Below are positions 8,298 to 18,799 of a DNA stretch of 64,000 nt, piece after piece. The DNA is taken from NCBI GenBank assembly GCA_963666055.2, contig CAXWPH010000014.1, positions 288,001-352,000 on the forward strand, read 5' to 3'. Within the stretch, counting starts at the first letter, position 1; every line of letters begins with the position of its first letter. This DNA is from Acidobacteriota bacterium (GTDB lineage: Bacteria > Acidobacteriota > UBA890 > WLXD01). A program made the translations under genes and the position numbers. The notes under the pieces were generated by a model that was not told the origin of the DNA, ran no database searches, and saw nothing but the letters and a program-made list of their open reading frames with translations.

Positions 8298-10693
8298 CGA
8301 TCTTCACGAGAGTTCCGAATGCCATCGAAGATGTATTGGCGCACCGCAACCCCTCGAGCTCTCGGAGGGACTTCCTCAAGACCTCGGGCGCTCTTGTCGT
8401 GAGCTTCAGCGCGACGGCAGTCACGGCTACCGATGCATTCGCGGCGGTGGCCGGCAGCGGCGAAACAGCCCTGGCCCGGTCGGCGGGTCCCTATCCCGAT
8501 CCCGACTTCAGCCAGCTCGATACATGGGTCGTGATTCATGGCGACAACACGGCGACTTTCTATGTCGGAAAGACGGACTGCGGTCAAGGCACGGGAACGG
8601 CATTTCGGCAGATGATGTCCGACGAGCTGGATATCGCCTACGACAAGACCAGCCTCGTCATGGGTAGCACCGACGTCACCCCCGACCAGGGCGGCTCGGG
8701 CGGTTCCGATGCGATACAGAGAGACGGCTGGCCGATGCGGCGTGTCGCCGCCGAGGCCCGGCGCATCCTGCTGGAACTGGCTTCTGATCGGTTCGGGGTG
8801 CCGGTCGAGCAGCTCGACGTCAGCGACGCGGTGATCGCGCTGCGATCGGACCCCTCCAAGAAGGTCACCTACGCGGAGCTGGTCGGCGAGAGGCGGTTCA
8901 ACGTCACGCTGACGGGAGACAACGTCAACGCGATCTCAGGGGTGGCCGACGTCAAGCCGGTCGAGGATCTCCGCATCGTCGGCCAGTCGCCGCAGCGCTA
9001 CGACATTCCCCCGAAGGTGGACGGGTCGTTGACATGGGCGGTGGACGTGACGCTGCCCGGGATGGTTCATGCACGCAACGTCAAGCCGCCGGTTGCCGGC
9101 GCTGCGCTCCGCCGCATCGACGAGGCATCGGTCCAAGACCTGCCGGGATTTATCCGAGTGATCAGCAAGGGGAACTACGTGGCGGTGATCTGCGAGCGGG
9201 AAGAGCAGGCGATCGACGCCGCCAGGCGGCTGCAGGTGGATTGGGACAAACCGCCGGCCGCACCGTTCCCGACGTCCGATGAGTTGTATGCGTACATGCG
9301 CAGCGCGACGCCCACCTCGAGCGGCGAACCCGACGTGGTGGGAAATCCCGAGGTGGCGCTGGCGGGCGCGGCACAGGTAATCGAGGCCGAATACGATTTC
9401 CCGTTCCAGGGACACACGGCCTTCGGTCCAGCTCACGCTCTGGCCGACCCTTCCGACGGTCAGATGACGATCTACTCCAACGACATGAAATCGTACGGGA
9501 TGCGGAACGGCATCGCCGAGTTTCTCGGCATGCCCAGGGACCGGGTGCGCGTCGTGTGGATGGAAGGTTCCCAAGCGTACGGCCGTACGGCCGCCGACGA
9601 TGCGGGATTCGAGGCCGCATTCCTGGCCAAAGAGATCGGCCGACCGGTTCGCATGCAGTGGATGAGGGACGAGGAAACGGCCTGGGAAACGAAGGGGCCG
9701 GCGTTCACCTTCAGGTTGCGTGGAGGGCTCGACGCCCAGGGCGAGCTGGTCGCGTTGGAGTACGACGCGCAGAGTGCCGACTACAACCACGTTGGGTACA
9801 ACGAGGTCGAGACGGTCTTGATCTCACAACTCATGGGAACACGGCTCGCGACACCGAACAGGGGTCGCGCCTCGACGCCGTCCGAGATGTATGTCATTCC
9901 GCACCGGCGCACGACGGCTCAGGTAGTTCGGCTTCCCTTGATTTGGGAAACGCCGCTTCGAACCGGCAACCTCCGGGATCCCAACGGACCGCAGGTCACG
10001 TTTGCCTCCGAATCGTTCATCGACGAGCTGGCGGCAGCGACGCACGCCGACCCCGTCGAGTTCCGGCTGAATCTGCTCACCGGCCGCAGCGACGATGACA
10101 GCGGGTTCAGGCGGGCGCGCTCGATCGCGGTGGTTCGCGCGGCCGCCGACGCCTATGGCTGGGACACGCGGCCTTCGCCGAAACGGCGCGGAACGGGAAG
10201 GATTCTGACCGGACGCGGGATCGCGTACTCCTTCCGTAGCCAAACGATCGTCGCCGAGATCGCCGAGGTCGAGGTGAACCGTGAGACAGGCCACGTCTGG
10301 GTAAAGCGACTCGTCTGCGCGCATGACTGCGGATTGGTCATCAACCCCGAGGGACTCCGCCGCACGATCGAGTGCGGCATGTTGCACTCGCTAAGCCGCG
10401 CGCTCCACGAGGAAGTACAGTTCGACACCGAAAAGGTCACCAGCCTGAACTGGCTGTCCCATCCCAGCCTCAGGCACACCGACACGCCGGACGAGATCGA
10501 GGTGGTGCTGGTCAACGGCGATCCCAATCCGGACCGCTCCGATCTGCCGCCCTACGGGGCCGGCGAGGCGGTCTGCAAACCGATGGTCGCGGCGGTCGCC
10601 AATGCCATCTACGATGCGACCGGCGTTCGCCTTCGCCGCGCACCCTTTCGCGACCAGCGTGTGCTCGCGGCGCTCGAGGCCGCGGGCGCGTAG
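8294..10693 (+). CDS. Molybdopterin-binding subunit, IorB-like (xanthine dehydrogenase family), Tat-exported
   Basis: SRRDFLK Tat motif, GQGTGT, HDCGLVINP, GAGE, ANAIYDATGVRLR; ATGA overlap with the 2Fe-2S gene. Confidence 0.92.
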   Translation: MTIFTRVPNAIEDVLAHRNPSSSRRDFLKTSGALVVSFSATAVTATDAFAAVAGSGETALARSAGPYPDPDFSQLDTWVVIHGDNTATFYVGKTDCGQGTGTAFRQMMSDELDIAYDKTSLVMGSTDVTPDQGGSGGSDAIQRDGWPMRRVAAEARRILLELASDRFGVPVEQLDVSDAVIALRSDPSKKVTYAELVGERRFNVTLTGDNVNAISGVADVKPVEDLRIVGQSPQRYDIPPKVDGSLTWAVDVTLPGMVHARNVKPPVAGAALRRIDEASVQDLPGFIRVISKGNYVAVICEREEQAIDAARRLQVDWDKPPAAPFPTSDELYAYMRSATPTSSGEPDVVGNPEVALAGAAQVIEAEYDFPFQGHTAFGPAHALADPSDGQMTIYSNDMKSYGMRNGIAEFLGMPRDRVRVVWMEGSQAYGRTAADDAGFEAAFLAKEIGRPVRMQWMRDEETAWETKGPAFTFRLRGGLDAQGELVALEYDAQSADYNHVGYNEVETVLISQLMGTRLATPNRGRASTPSEMYVIPHRRTTAQVVRLPLIWETPLRTGNLRDPNGPQVTFASESFIDELAAATHADPVEFRLNLLTGRSDDDSGFRRARSIAVVRAAADAYGWDTRPSPKRRGTGRILTGRGIAYSFRSQTIVAEIAEVEVNRETGHVWVKRLVCAHDCGLVINPEGLRRTIECGMLHSLSRALHEEVQFDTEKVTSLNWLSHPSLRHTDTPDEIEVVLVNGDPNPDRSDLPPYGAGEAVCKPMVAAVANAIYDATGVRLRRAPFRDQRVLAALEAAGA

Positions 10694-10754
10694 GTCACTT
10701 GACGGTGCCACGGCCCATGACCGCAGATTCGATAGCATGGAGGAGAGCGACGAC

Positions 10755-11669
10755 ATGAGGCAAAACAGTGGGATACGCATGACCCGGATCGCGCTCGCGG
10801 TTGCGCTGCTGGCTGCCGCCTCTTCAGGTACGGCAGCCGGAGCTCAAGAATCGCTCAAGGTCTTCATCTCAGTCGACATGGAAGGGATCGGCGGCATCGG
10901 CACGAGCGCCATGACCAGCGCCGGAAGCAGGGGCTACGGGCTCGGTCAGGAGCTCATGACCGAAGAGGTCAACACCGTGGCTGCGGCGATCTTCGAGCAT
11001 GGGCCGGCCGAGATCCTGGTCAACGACTCACACGGCAGCATGCAGAACCTGCTCCACACGCGTCTTGATCCGCGCGTCGAGTACATTCAAGGCAACAACA
11101 AGCCGCTCGGCATGGTGCAGGGGCTCGACGGCTCGTTCGACGCCGCGATCTTCATCGGTTATCACGCCCGGGCGCGTACCGAAGGGGGCTTCCTCGCCCA
11201 CACCGGATCGGGTTCGGTCAAGGGGTTGTGGGTCAACGGAGTGGAGGTGGGAGAAGGCGGCATGAACGCCTACTACGCTGGCTCCCACGGGGTCCCGGTG
11301 ATCGTGGCTTCAGGCGACCTCGTCTTTACCAAGCAGTTCTCGGATTTGGTCGGCTCGGGCACCCGCACCGTGGCCACCAAGGAGGCGATCGGCGCTCAGG
11401 TGGCGCGCCTCGACCACCCGGCAGTGGTTCGCGAGAAGCTCCGCGATGCAACCCTCGACGCGCTCGCCAACCTATCCACGATGTCCCCCCTCGTTCCCGA
11501 CGAACCGACGGTTGTCCGCGTGCGCTTCGCGACCATCACCCGCGCCGACATCCTGCAGGCGGTGCCCGACATGCAGCGCGTCGACGGCACGACGGTCGAG
11601 TACACGGCTCGCAACATGACCGAGGGCTACAAGCTGATCCGGCTGATGTACAAGTACATCAGCTGGTAG
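10755..11669 (+). CDS. dppA: M55 D-aminopeptidase (DppA-like), secreted
   Basis: FISVDMEG, VNDSHG, IGYHA, AHT, GEGGMNA; signal peptide. Confidence 0.88.
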   Translation: MRQNSGIRMTRIALAVALLAAASSGTAAGAQESLKVFISVDMEGIGGIGTSAMTSAGSRGYGLGQELMTEEVNTVAAAIFEHGPAEILVNDSHGSMQNLLHTRLDPRVEYIQGNNKPLGMVQGLDGSFDAAIFIGYHARARTEGGFLAHTGSGSVKGLWVNGVEVGEGGMNAYYAGSHGVPVIVASGDLVFTKQFSDLVGSGTRTVATKEAIGAQVARLDHPAVVREKLRDATLDALANLSTMSPLVPDEPTVVRVRFATITRADILQAVPDMQRVDGTTVEYTARNMTEGYKLIRLMYKYISW

Positions 11670-11690
11670 ATGGACTGCCGGGGACACTCG

Positions 11691-12812
11691 ATGAAGTCAG
11701 CTGTCTACGCATTACTGCTCGCTGTCTTGGCCTCGGACGGTCAGAGCTTGCAAAGCGTGGCGCTCGAGGAAACCGCCGAGACCAGCGCCAACGCCAGCCT
11801 CGGCGACCTCGACGGCGACGGCGACCTCGATATCGTTCTCGCCAAGGGACGCCATTGGCCCCTGGTCGACCTCGTCTTGATCAACGACGGTGCCGGTGGG
11901 TTCGAGCAACGCCACGAGGTCGGCGGCTCGGCAGATCGGACCTACACGGCAGCCCTCGCCGACCTCGACGGCGATGCCGACCTCGACCTGGTGATCGGCA
12001 ACGATCGCCCCGACGACAAGCGCATCTACTTCAATGACGGCGAGGGTCATTTCAGCCTCGCTGGGACGTTCGGCGATTCAGAGTGGCCGACGCGCAACGT
12101 CACGGTGGCCGACTTGAACGGCGACGACCGCCCCGAGATCATCGTTGCCAACCGCGGCGGGCCCGATAATCTCAGCGCCAACTACGTTTGCGTCAACGAC
12201 GGCACCGGTGCTTTTCCCGCCTGCGATGTGCTGTCGGGTGAGTCGGCCACCACGATCGCGGCGGGCGATCTGACCGGTGACGGGTTCATCGACCTGTTCG
12301 TACCGCATCGTGATGGTGGCCAAAGCTACCTGTTCGTCAACGACGGCGACGGTGGCTTCGACGAGCGCCACACTGTCGGCCCGAAGCGCTCGGCGACCCG
12401 CGCGGTGGCGCTCGGCGACCTCGACGGCGACGGCCTCCTCGACATCATCGTGGGTGATGAAGTCGAGGGCGGGGCACGACTGTATATCAACCGCGGCGAC
12501 GCCTCCTTCGAGGAGTCCAGGGCGATCGGTGACCGCGGCGACGTCGTCTTCGCGTTGGCTGTAGCCGATCTGGACGGAGACGGCGACGAGGATGTCGTGG
12601 TCGGCAATGCTGGGGCTCCCGGCGCTATCCTGACCAACGACGGATCCGGTGACGGGTTCACATTGACCCGCTTCGGCGACGCCCAAGGCGCCGTGTACGG
12701 GGTGGCCATCGGCGACGTCAACGGCGACGGAGTCGCCGACATCGTCGCCGGCCGATCGGGCGCGCCGAACACTCTCTATCTCGGCTGCTGTCGATCACCC
12801 AAACCACGATGA
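11691..12812 (+). CDS. FG-GAP/VCBS repeat protein
   Basis: About seven GDLDGDGDLD-type repeats; signal peptide. Confidence 0.9.
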   Translation: MKSAVYALLLAVLASDGQSLQSVALEETAETSANASLGDLDGDGDLDIVLAKGRHWPLVDLVLINDGAGGFEQRHEVGGSADRTYTAALADLDGDADLDLVIGNDRPDDKRIYFNDGEGHFSLAGTFGDSEWPTRNVTVADLNGDDRPEIIVANRGGPDNLSANYVCVNDGTGAFPACDVLSGESATTIAAGDLTGDGFIDLFVPHRDGGQSYLFVNDGDGGFDERHTVGPKRSATRAVALGDLDGDGLLDIIVGDEVEGGARLYINRGDASFEESRAIGDRGDVVFALAVADLDGDGDEDVVVGNAGAPGAILTNDGSGDGFTLTRFGDAQGAVYGVAIGDVNGDGVADIVAGRSGAPNTLYLGCCRSPKPR

Positions 12813-12852
12813 GCACGTCGCGGGCGGCGGTGGCCGAAGAGTCCGGGAGAGC

Positions 12853-12870
12853 CTAGCAGGGTGCTGAAGA
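12853..12870 (+). mobile_element. Isolated IS end CTAG-CAGGGTGCTGAAGA
   Basis: 17/18 match to the reverse complement of 22321-22338. Confidence 0.55.
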
Positions 12871-12887
12871 TCCGCTATTCACAGTGT

Positions 12888-14660
12888 CTATCCGTCCCGT
12901 GATTCCCAGGCGTCAACGCCGTAAAACGTAATCTCGTCGACCTCGAACCAAAATTCGCCGAGGTTCGCGTCGCCTCGGCGCGAGAGATACAGGCCGCGGC
13001 AATCGGCGCCGCTCCAATCGATTGGCGTCTCCGATTCGAAGAACGGCGTCAGCTCGGCGGCGCCGAGCTCTACCCGCCGCCACTCCTCGGACGCCGCTAT
13101 CTCCTTGCCGAACTCGCCGTCAGCACAGCGGAACGTCAGTTCGAGGGAGCTGTTGCCGCGAGCGTAGAAACGAACGCCGCCGAGATTCTCGAGGCTGATC
13201 GCCGTCGCCCCACGGTCGAACGGGACGTACATCTGGGCGAGCGGCCCGCGGGCCGCACCGAGCGCCAGCTCACCGTCGAGCCGGGCGGCCTTCGAGGTGC
13301 CCGCGGCGCCGTCGTCGACCAGCTGCAGGGCCGCGGCGGACACTCCATTGGTGAACGTTTGCCAATGAACGCCGGTGTGTGCGAACAGGTCGCCATCTTC
13401 GAACGAATCAAAGAGCAGCGTGAGTCCGGCCGCCAGCTCGGCGGGAAACGGAGTCGACACGGCGCCCTCGGCCGCTGCAACCGCCGGCGCGATGCCGTCC
13501 GTCATGGCAACAAGATGGCCCGTCGTGCGGATGAAGATCTGCCCTTCGGAGATCGCCGGCGTAGCCAGGCAGACCTCGCCCATGCGGTTGGTTGCCAGCA
13601 GCTCATACTCGGGCCCGGCCCTGACGACGAAGATGTCGCCGTCCTCACTGGTCAGGTAGATGCGACCGTCCGCGGCGATGGGCGAGGCACTGTAGGCACC
13701 GCCGGTGTCGCCGATGCGCCGCTTGTAGACACGCTCACCGGTGGTCGCATGAAAGACCGTCAACACGCCGTTGGCCGAGACCGCGTACAGGTAGCCGCGG
13801 TAGACGAGCGGCGTGGTGATGTAGGGCCCATCGCGTGACGAGCTCCAGGCGACGTGGGCGTTCGAGCTCTCGCCGGCAGCGAGCGAGATGTCGCCGGTGG
13901 CGCCCGCCCTGATGGCAAAGATCGGCCGCGTGCGGTAGCCGCTGGTCACGTAGACGAGACCTTGATCGCTGACCGGCGTCGGCGTCGTGTTCAAGGAACT
14001 GCCCGACATCCTCCACAGCTCCTCGGCGCTCGCCGGGTCGTACCCGTGCATCGTGCCGGCACCGTTCGTCACCAGCTCGGTGCGCTCCGTGCCGACGTGG
14101 ATCGTCGGCGTCGAGAACGACGAGATTAGGTCGCGCGGTGTCCGCCAGACCTCTTCGCCGGTGCCGATATCGAAGGCGGCGATGAACGAGCCCTCCTGCT
14201 GATCCGCCTGCACGATCACCAGGTCTTGCCAAATGATCGGCGAGCTGGCGGCAGCCCACTGGTAGGCAGTGTCGTAGGAGGCACCCGAATCCAGGGGTCC
14301 GAGATCGAGATCCCACAGCAGCTCGCCTTCGAAGTCGTAACAAAACAAGCCGCCGGTGGCCAGCAAGACCACGACGTGCTCTCCGTCGGTCGCCGGGGTT
14401 GCGGATGCGTAGCTGTTCTTGGGGTGGCGCTGCACGCTCGGGTTGCCACTGCTCGCCTGGCGCACCCATACCACCTCGCCACCGCGTCGATCGAGCGCGT
14501 AGACATACCACGCGTTGCGCGATCGATCGGACCTACGATCCTGGCGGCCGTCGGTCCCGTAGCGAAAGATCGAATCGGGATCATCGCTCACCGCCGTTGT
14601 CAGATAGATCCGGTCACCCCAGACGATCGGGCTCGAGTGCCCGAGCCCCGGGATCGTGGT
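12888..14660 (-). pseudogene. PQQ-like (BamB-type) beta-propeller with C-terminal CIA30/CBM-like domain, 5'-truncated
   Basis: GLGHSSPIVWGDRIYLTTA, ASATPATDG, YSASPIAADG; no signal peptide or start, abuts a VOC fragment. Confidence 0.75.
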
Positions 14661-14916
14661 GCTCCACAAAGGCCGCAAGTTCGGACTTCACGAACCTATC
14701 AATGACGAGCAGCAGGCCCGCGTCGGGAAGCAGCGCATTTATTTTCGCGTGCGCGACCTCGACGCCCACCGCACCCGGCTGCAAGCGTGGGGCGTCGAGT
14801 CGGGAGAAACTCACAAGACCAACTGGATGGATTTCTTCATCGTTTCCGACGCCGACGGCCACGAGATCGTGTTCGCGATAACCGACGCCGAGCGCCACCG
14901 GACCGATCCCTGGTAA
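14656..14916 (+). pseudogene. VOC/glyoxalase C-terminal fragment
   Basis: IYFRVRDLDA...FIVSDADGHEIVF. Confidence 0.65.
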
Positions 14917-15072
14917 GAACGTGCACCGGGTGGCTCCCCGGGGCCCACAGACTGTGCCCGGCCGCTAGGGAGACCTCCGATGCCGAGCGCAAGCGCGCAC
15001 ATCAGTACTAGGCGTGGACGGCGCGACCGGTGAACGTACGGCAGGCGAACGCTTGTGGTGGGACGCAACCCT

Positions 15073-15963
15073 CTATTCCATCGGGCCGTCCGAAATCGCC
15101 GCAGCGCGGCGCACTACGCGGGCGATGGCGGACACGTCCTCGTCACCGTGGCCCTGGGCGATCAGCGCGTCTTCCATGCCGGCCACGTACGCCGCCGTTG
15201 GCAGCGGCAGTTCGGCGGCGCGGCCGGTGTCGAGAGCGATGCCGAGGTCCTTGCGATGCAGCCGTACCCGGAAACCCAGCGGGTACTCGTCGCGCACCAT
15301 GTTCTCGGCCCGGTTGTCGAGGATCCAGGACGCAGCGGCGCCGCTGTTGATGGCGGCGATGACCCGGCGCGGGTCAGCACCGGCGCGGAACGCCAGGGCA
15401 ATGCCCTCGGCCAGCGACTGGTAGGTTCCAGCGATGATCACCTGATTCACTGCCTTGGCGATCTGGCCGCAGCCCACCGGTCCGACGTGGGTGACCTTTC
15501 CGCCGATGATCTCGAGCACCGGTAGCGCACGCTCGAAGTCGACCTCCGTTCCGCCGCACATGATCGCCAGGGTTCCGTGGATCGCGCCCTCGGAGCCGCC
15601 GGAGACCGGCGCGTCCACGAAGCCGATCTCCTTGTCCTCCGCTTTCCTCGCCAGGTCGCGTGCACCCTCGGGCGAGATGGTCGAGCAATCGACGACCAGG
15701 CCGCCGCGCGCCAGCCCCGCCAGAGCGCCGTCGGAACCGGCCAGCACCTCGGCCACGTCGTCGGTATCCGAGACGCAGATCAGCACCACGTCCGCCTTCC
15801 CCGCCGCCTCCCGCGGACTCGCCGCGCGCCAGGCCCCCTGGGCCTCAAGGGGCTCTTCGCGGCTCCTGGTGCGATTGTGCACCGTGACCTCGACTCCGGC
15901 GTTGATCAGGTTGGCGGCCATTGGCGCGCCCATCGTTCCCAGGCCGATGACGGCAACCTTCAT
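15073..15963 (-). CDS. NAD(P)-dependent beta-hydroxyacid dehydrogenase (3HIBDH/GarR family)
   Basis: VIGLGTMGAPMA, DCSTISP, DAPVSGG, KAVNQ; GAGGAGG RBS. Confidence 0.93.
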   Translation of the reverse strand: MKVAVIGLGTMGAPMAANLINAGVEVTVHNRTRSREEPLEAQGAWRAASPREAAGKADVVLICVSDTDDVAEVLAGSDGALAGLARGGLVVDCSTISPEGARDLARKAEDKEIGFVDAPVSGGSEGAIHGTLAIMCGGTEVDFERALPVLEIIGGKVTHVGPVGCGQIAKAVNQVIIAGTYQSLAEGIALAFRAGADPRRVIAAINSGAAASWILDNRAENMVRDEYPLGFRVRLHRKDLGIALDTGRAAELPLPTAAYVAGMEDALIAQGHGDEDVSAIARVVRRAAAISDGPME

Positions 15964-16229
15964 GTCGTTGATCCTCCTCCGCGTTCGGGTTTCGCGCCGC
16001 AGGATACCACCGGGCCCCGTGAGCACCCGTCCGTGGTACGGAGGAAGGCAGAGTGCCGTTCGTTCCACCGATGGCCAACAGCCCGGCTCTTGGGGAGGGG
16101 GAGGTGACGGCCAGATGAAGGAGGGCTCGATCATCGGCGGTGCGCCGCTGTCGCTGGGGCCAGCGCCTGAGGCGCCTACGGGTCGAGCTGGGCAGATGAC
16201 GGCCACATCTCGCTAGGCTGGCACGGCGA

Positions 16230-16478
16230 GCTCGTTCACCCAGAAATATACGTTCCACATTTTCTGTACCGCTTCGTAGTGTGGAACGATAAATTTGGGG
16301 TCTTCGACTTGACTGAGCATCAAGTGGGAATCTCACGTGAAAGGATACAGAAGCCTGGAGGCTCGCCCCAGAAGCGTTCGTATCTAAATCCGACCTTGTC
16401 TCGGTAGTAGTTGGCAGACGCAACCACGTCCCTCACCAACAGTATTGGTGCACTCCCCGCGATTTCTGACTTCGCCAT
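16230..16478 (-). pseudogene. VOC/bleomycin-resistance family protein, frameshifted and truncated
   Basis: APILLVRDVVASANYYRDKVGF, continuing in a shifted frame as LMLSQV...VYFWV. Confidence 0.65.
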
Positions 16479-16530
16479 GTCAACAGGCACCCTACCAAAG
16501 TTTCGGCGATCAGCAACGACCGGCCTGTGC

Positions 16531-17198
16531 GTGATCGCCAGCTTGGCGGCGACGGCGTTGTCCCTGGCGGCATGTGGGCCAGCGACATCGACGGTCGACG
16601 AGGCGATTGACATTTGGGAGCAGATGGGCGTGGTCGTCGAGGACATCACGCTGCCTCGGTACCCAACGGGAGCCCTGTTCTCGACCATCGTCACCGTCGA
16701 GAGCGGCACGATCTTCAAGCCCCTGTTCGATGACGGCCGAGCCAATGGAATGTTCTCCTTCAACCAGGACCGAGCCGCGGGGTGGATGGCAGGCCGCATG
16801 ATGCCGGCGGCGGACTATCTGACGGCCCAACGGATCCGCAGTCAGCTGACCCGCGAGGCCGACGAGATCGTCTCTCGGTACGACGCCGTCATCGCCCCCA
16901 CGTGGCCGAACGGCGCGGCGCTTCGTGAGGTCCGAGACGGTTGGCCCATCCCGGCCCGCAACGAGTGGGAGCCCCCGACGAGATCGACGCTCAGACCCCT
17001 CGGCTCAACTACATCGCCAACCTCGTCGGACACCCCGGCCTGTCGATTCCGTGTGGCTTCGACCCTGACGGCCTGCCGCTTTGCCTTCAGATCGTCGGGT
17101 CTCCCTTCGACGAACAAGCGGTGCTCGACTTCGGCATGTCGTTCCAACGCGATACAGACTGGCATCTTCAAAGGCCCCCGTTTCCCTGGAGGGAGTAG
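16531..17198 (+). pseudogene. Amidase (GatA-like) remnant: lipoprotein signal joined to C-terminal third
   Basis: LAAC lipobox, then DYLTAQRIR, NLVGHPGLSIPCGF..GLP..LQIVG. Catalytic GGSS region absent; frameshift in a C run at ~16975. Confidence 0.75.
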
Positions 17199-17233
17199 GG
17201 AGCTTGACGCAACGAAAATTCGCAGGAGTCTTC

Positions 17234-18799
17234 ATGAACATTTCGCGTCGTGCCCATGGCCAGTGGAGCCTGCTGGCGCTGTCCGCTCTGCTCGTGGCGA
17301 TGCCTAGACCATCAGCCGCGCAATCGCACTACGACCTGCCTATTCGAGAGCATGTCTTCGACAACGGGCTCCGTCTGCTCGTCCTGGAGCGCAGCAGAGA
17401 CCCCAGAGTGGCCTGCAAGATCTTCACGGACATGGGCGCGATCCACGAAGTCCCTGGGCTCCTCGGGGCGGCGCACTTCCAGGAGCACATCATGTTCAAG
17501 GGCACTCCCACGCTGGGCACGACCGACTGGGAAGCGGAACAGCCGATCCGGGAGCGCATGTGGGAGGTGGAGGCCGATCTGATCGAAGAGAAGAACCGAG
17601 CCCGGAACGACATCCGGCAGCGCGGCATCATGGACGATTACCGGCATGTTGAGAGCACGCCCGGTATGGACGAGCTGCTCACCGGGCTGGCGGAGCTCGA
17701 GCGCCAGGCGGCGACGTACCGTGAGAGTAGCCCGATGTCGAAGTGGTACCAGGCCTACGGGGGTACGGGCCTCACCGCGACCACCGAGCAGGAGTACATG
17801 AACTTCGACATCATCCTGCCCGTCGAGCGCGTCGACCTCTTCCTTCGGGTCGAGGCGGACCGAATGTCGAACACCGTGTTCCGGGAGTTCGAGCAGGAGC
17901 GGATGATCCTCGTGGAGCAGCGTATCGGCGATCTGAACAACGCGTCGACGCCGTACTACGAGCAGATGAACGCGCTGTCGGGGATCGTGCATCCGGTGTT
18001 CTGGCCCGAGGGTTACAGCACCGACTTCGACGAGTACACGCGCACGTCGCAGAGAGCGATGTACGAGGAGTACTTCGTGGTCAACAACACCACGCTGGTG
18101 TTCGTCGGCGGGGTCTCCCTCGAGGGGCTGATTCCGCGCGTCGAGCACTACTTCGGGTGGATGGAGCGTGCTCCCGAACCCCGCCGGACTCCCGCAGTCG
18201 AGCCGCGTCCCGGCTCGGAGCGCCGATTGGTCTACCGCAACGACGAGATCGAGCCGCGGGTCGAGTTCCGTTATCAGATCCCCGCGGTGGGTCACCCCGA
18301 TCGGCCCGTCTTCGACGTGCTGGGTGAGGTCGCAGCCGGTCGGCTCGTGGAGAGGCTCGCCGGCGAGGGGATCGCGGCCGGGGTCAACGTGAACACACGC
18401 GTGGTGCACACGGCGCGCTTTGGCGTCCCGAGCACGATCAACTTCGAGCTGGTCCTCTTGGATGAAGGGAGGCTCGAAGAGGCGGAAGCCCTGCTTGAAG
18501 AGACGATCCAGTCGCTTATGACGCCCCTGGACGACAGCAAGGTGAGGCGTGCCCAGAAGGTGCTTCGCACCGCGTGGCACCGTACCGCGAGAGACGCGAG
18601 CGCGCTGGCCTTCGAAATCGGGCATTTCCAGACGATGGACCGCTGGGAGTCGCTACAAGCGTTCCTCGACGCGCGCGACACCACGTCAGCAGCCGACATC
18701 GCACGGGTCGCGCAGCTCTACTTCGTGCCGGACAACCGCTCGGTGGGTGTGGCGCGCTCACGAGCGCCCCGGCGGCCAACCTCGGAGGAGCGGCCATGA
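17234..18799 (+). CDS. M16 zinc peptidase, catalytic subunit
   Basis: AAHFQEHIMFKGT (HxxEH); signal peptide. Confidence 0.9.
   Translation: MNISRRAHGQWSLLALSALLVAMPRPSAAQSHYDLPIREHVFDNGLRLLVLERSRDPRVACKIFTDMGAIHEVPGLLGAAHFQEHIMFKGTPTLGTTDWEAEQPIRERMWEVEADLIEEKNRARNDIRQRGIMDDYRHVESTPGMDELLTGLAELERQAATYRESSPMSKWYQAYGGTGLTATTEQEYMNFDIILPVERVDLFLRVEADRMSNTVFREFEQERMILVEQRIGDLNNASTPYYEQMNALSGIVHPVFWPEGYSTDFDEYTRTSQRAMYEEYFVVNNTTLVFVGGVSLEGLIPRVEHYFGWMERAPEPRRTPAVEPRPGSERRLVYRNDEIEPRVEFRYQIPAVGHPDRPVFDVLGEVAAGRLVERLAGEGIAAGVNVNTRVVHTARFGVPSTINFELVLLDEGRLEEAEALLEETIQSLMTPLDDSKVRRAQKVLRTAWHRTARDASALAFEIGHFQTMDRWESLQAFLDARDTTSAADIARVAQLYFVPDNRSVGVARSRAPRRPTSEERP

Noticed and set aside
118-17198. Programmed frameshifting in several genes (~488, ~2155, ~16975)
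   Set aside because: All are single-base indels in G/C homopolymers with no slippery heptamer; sequencing error or decay is simpler.
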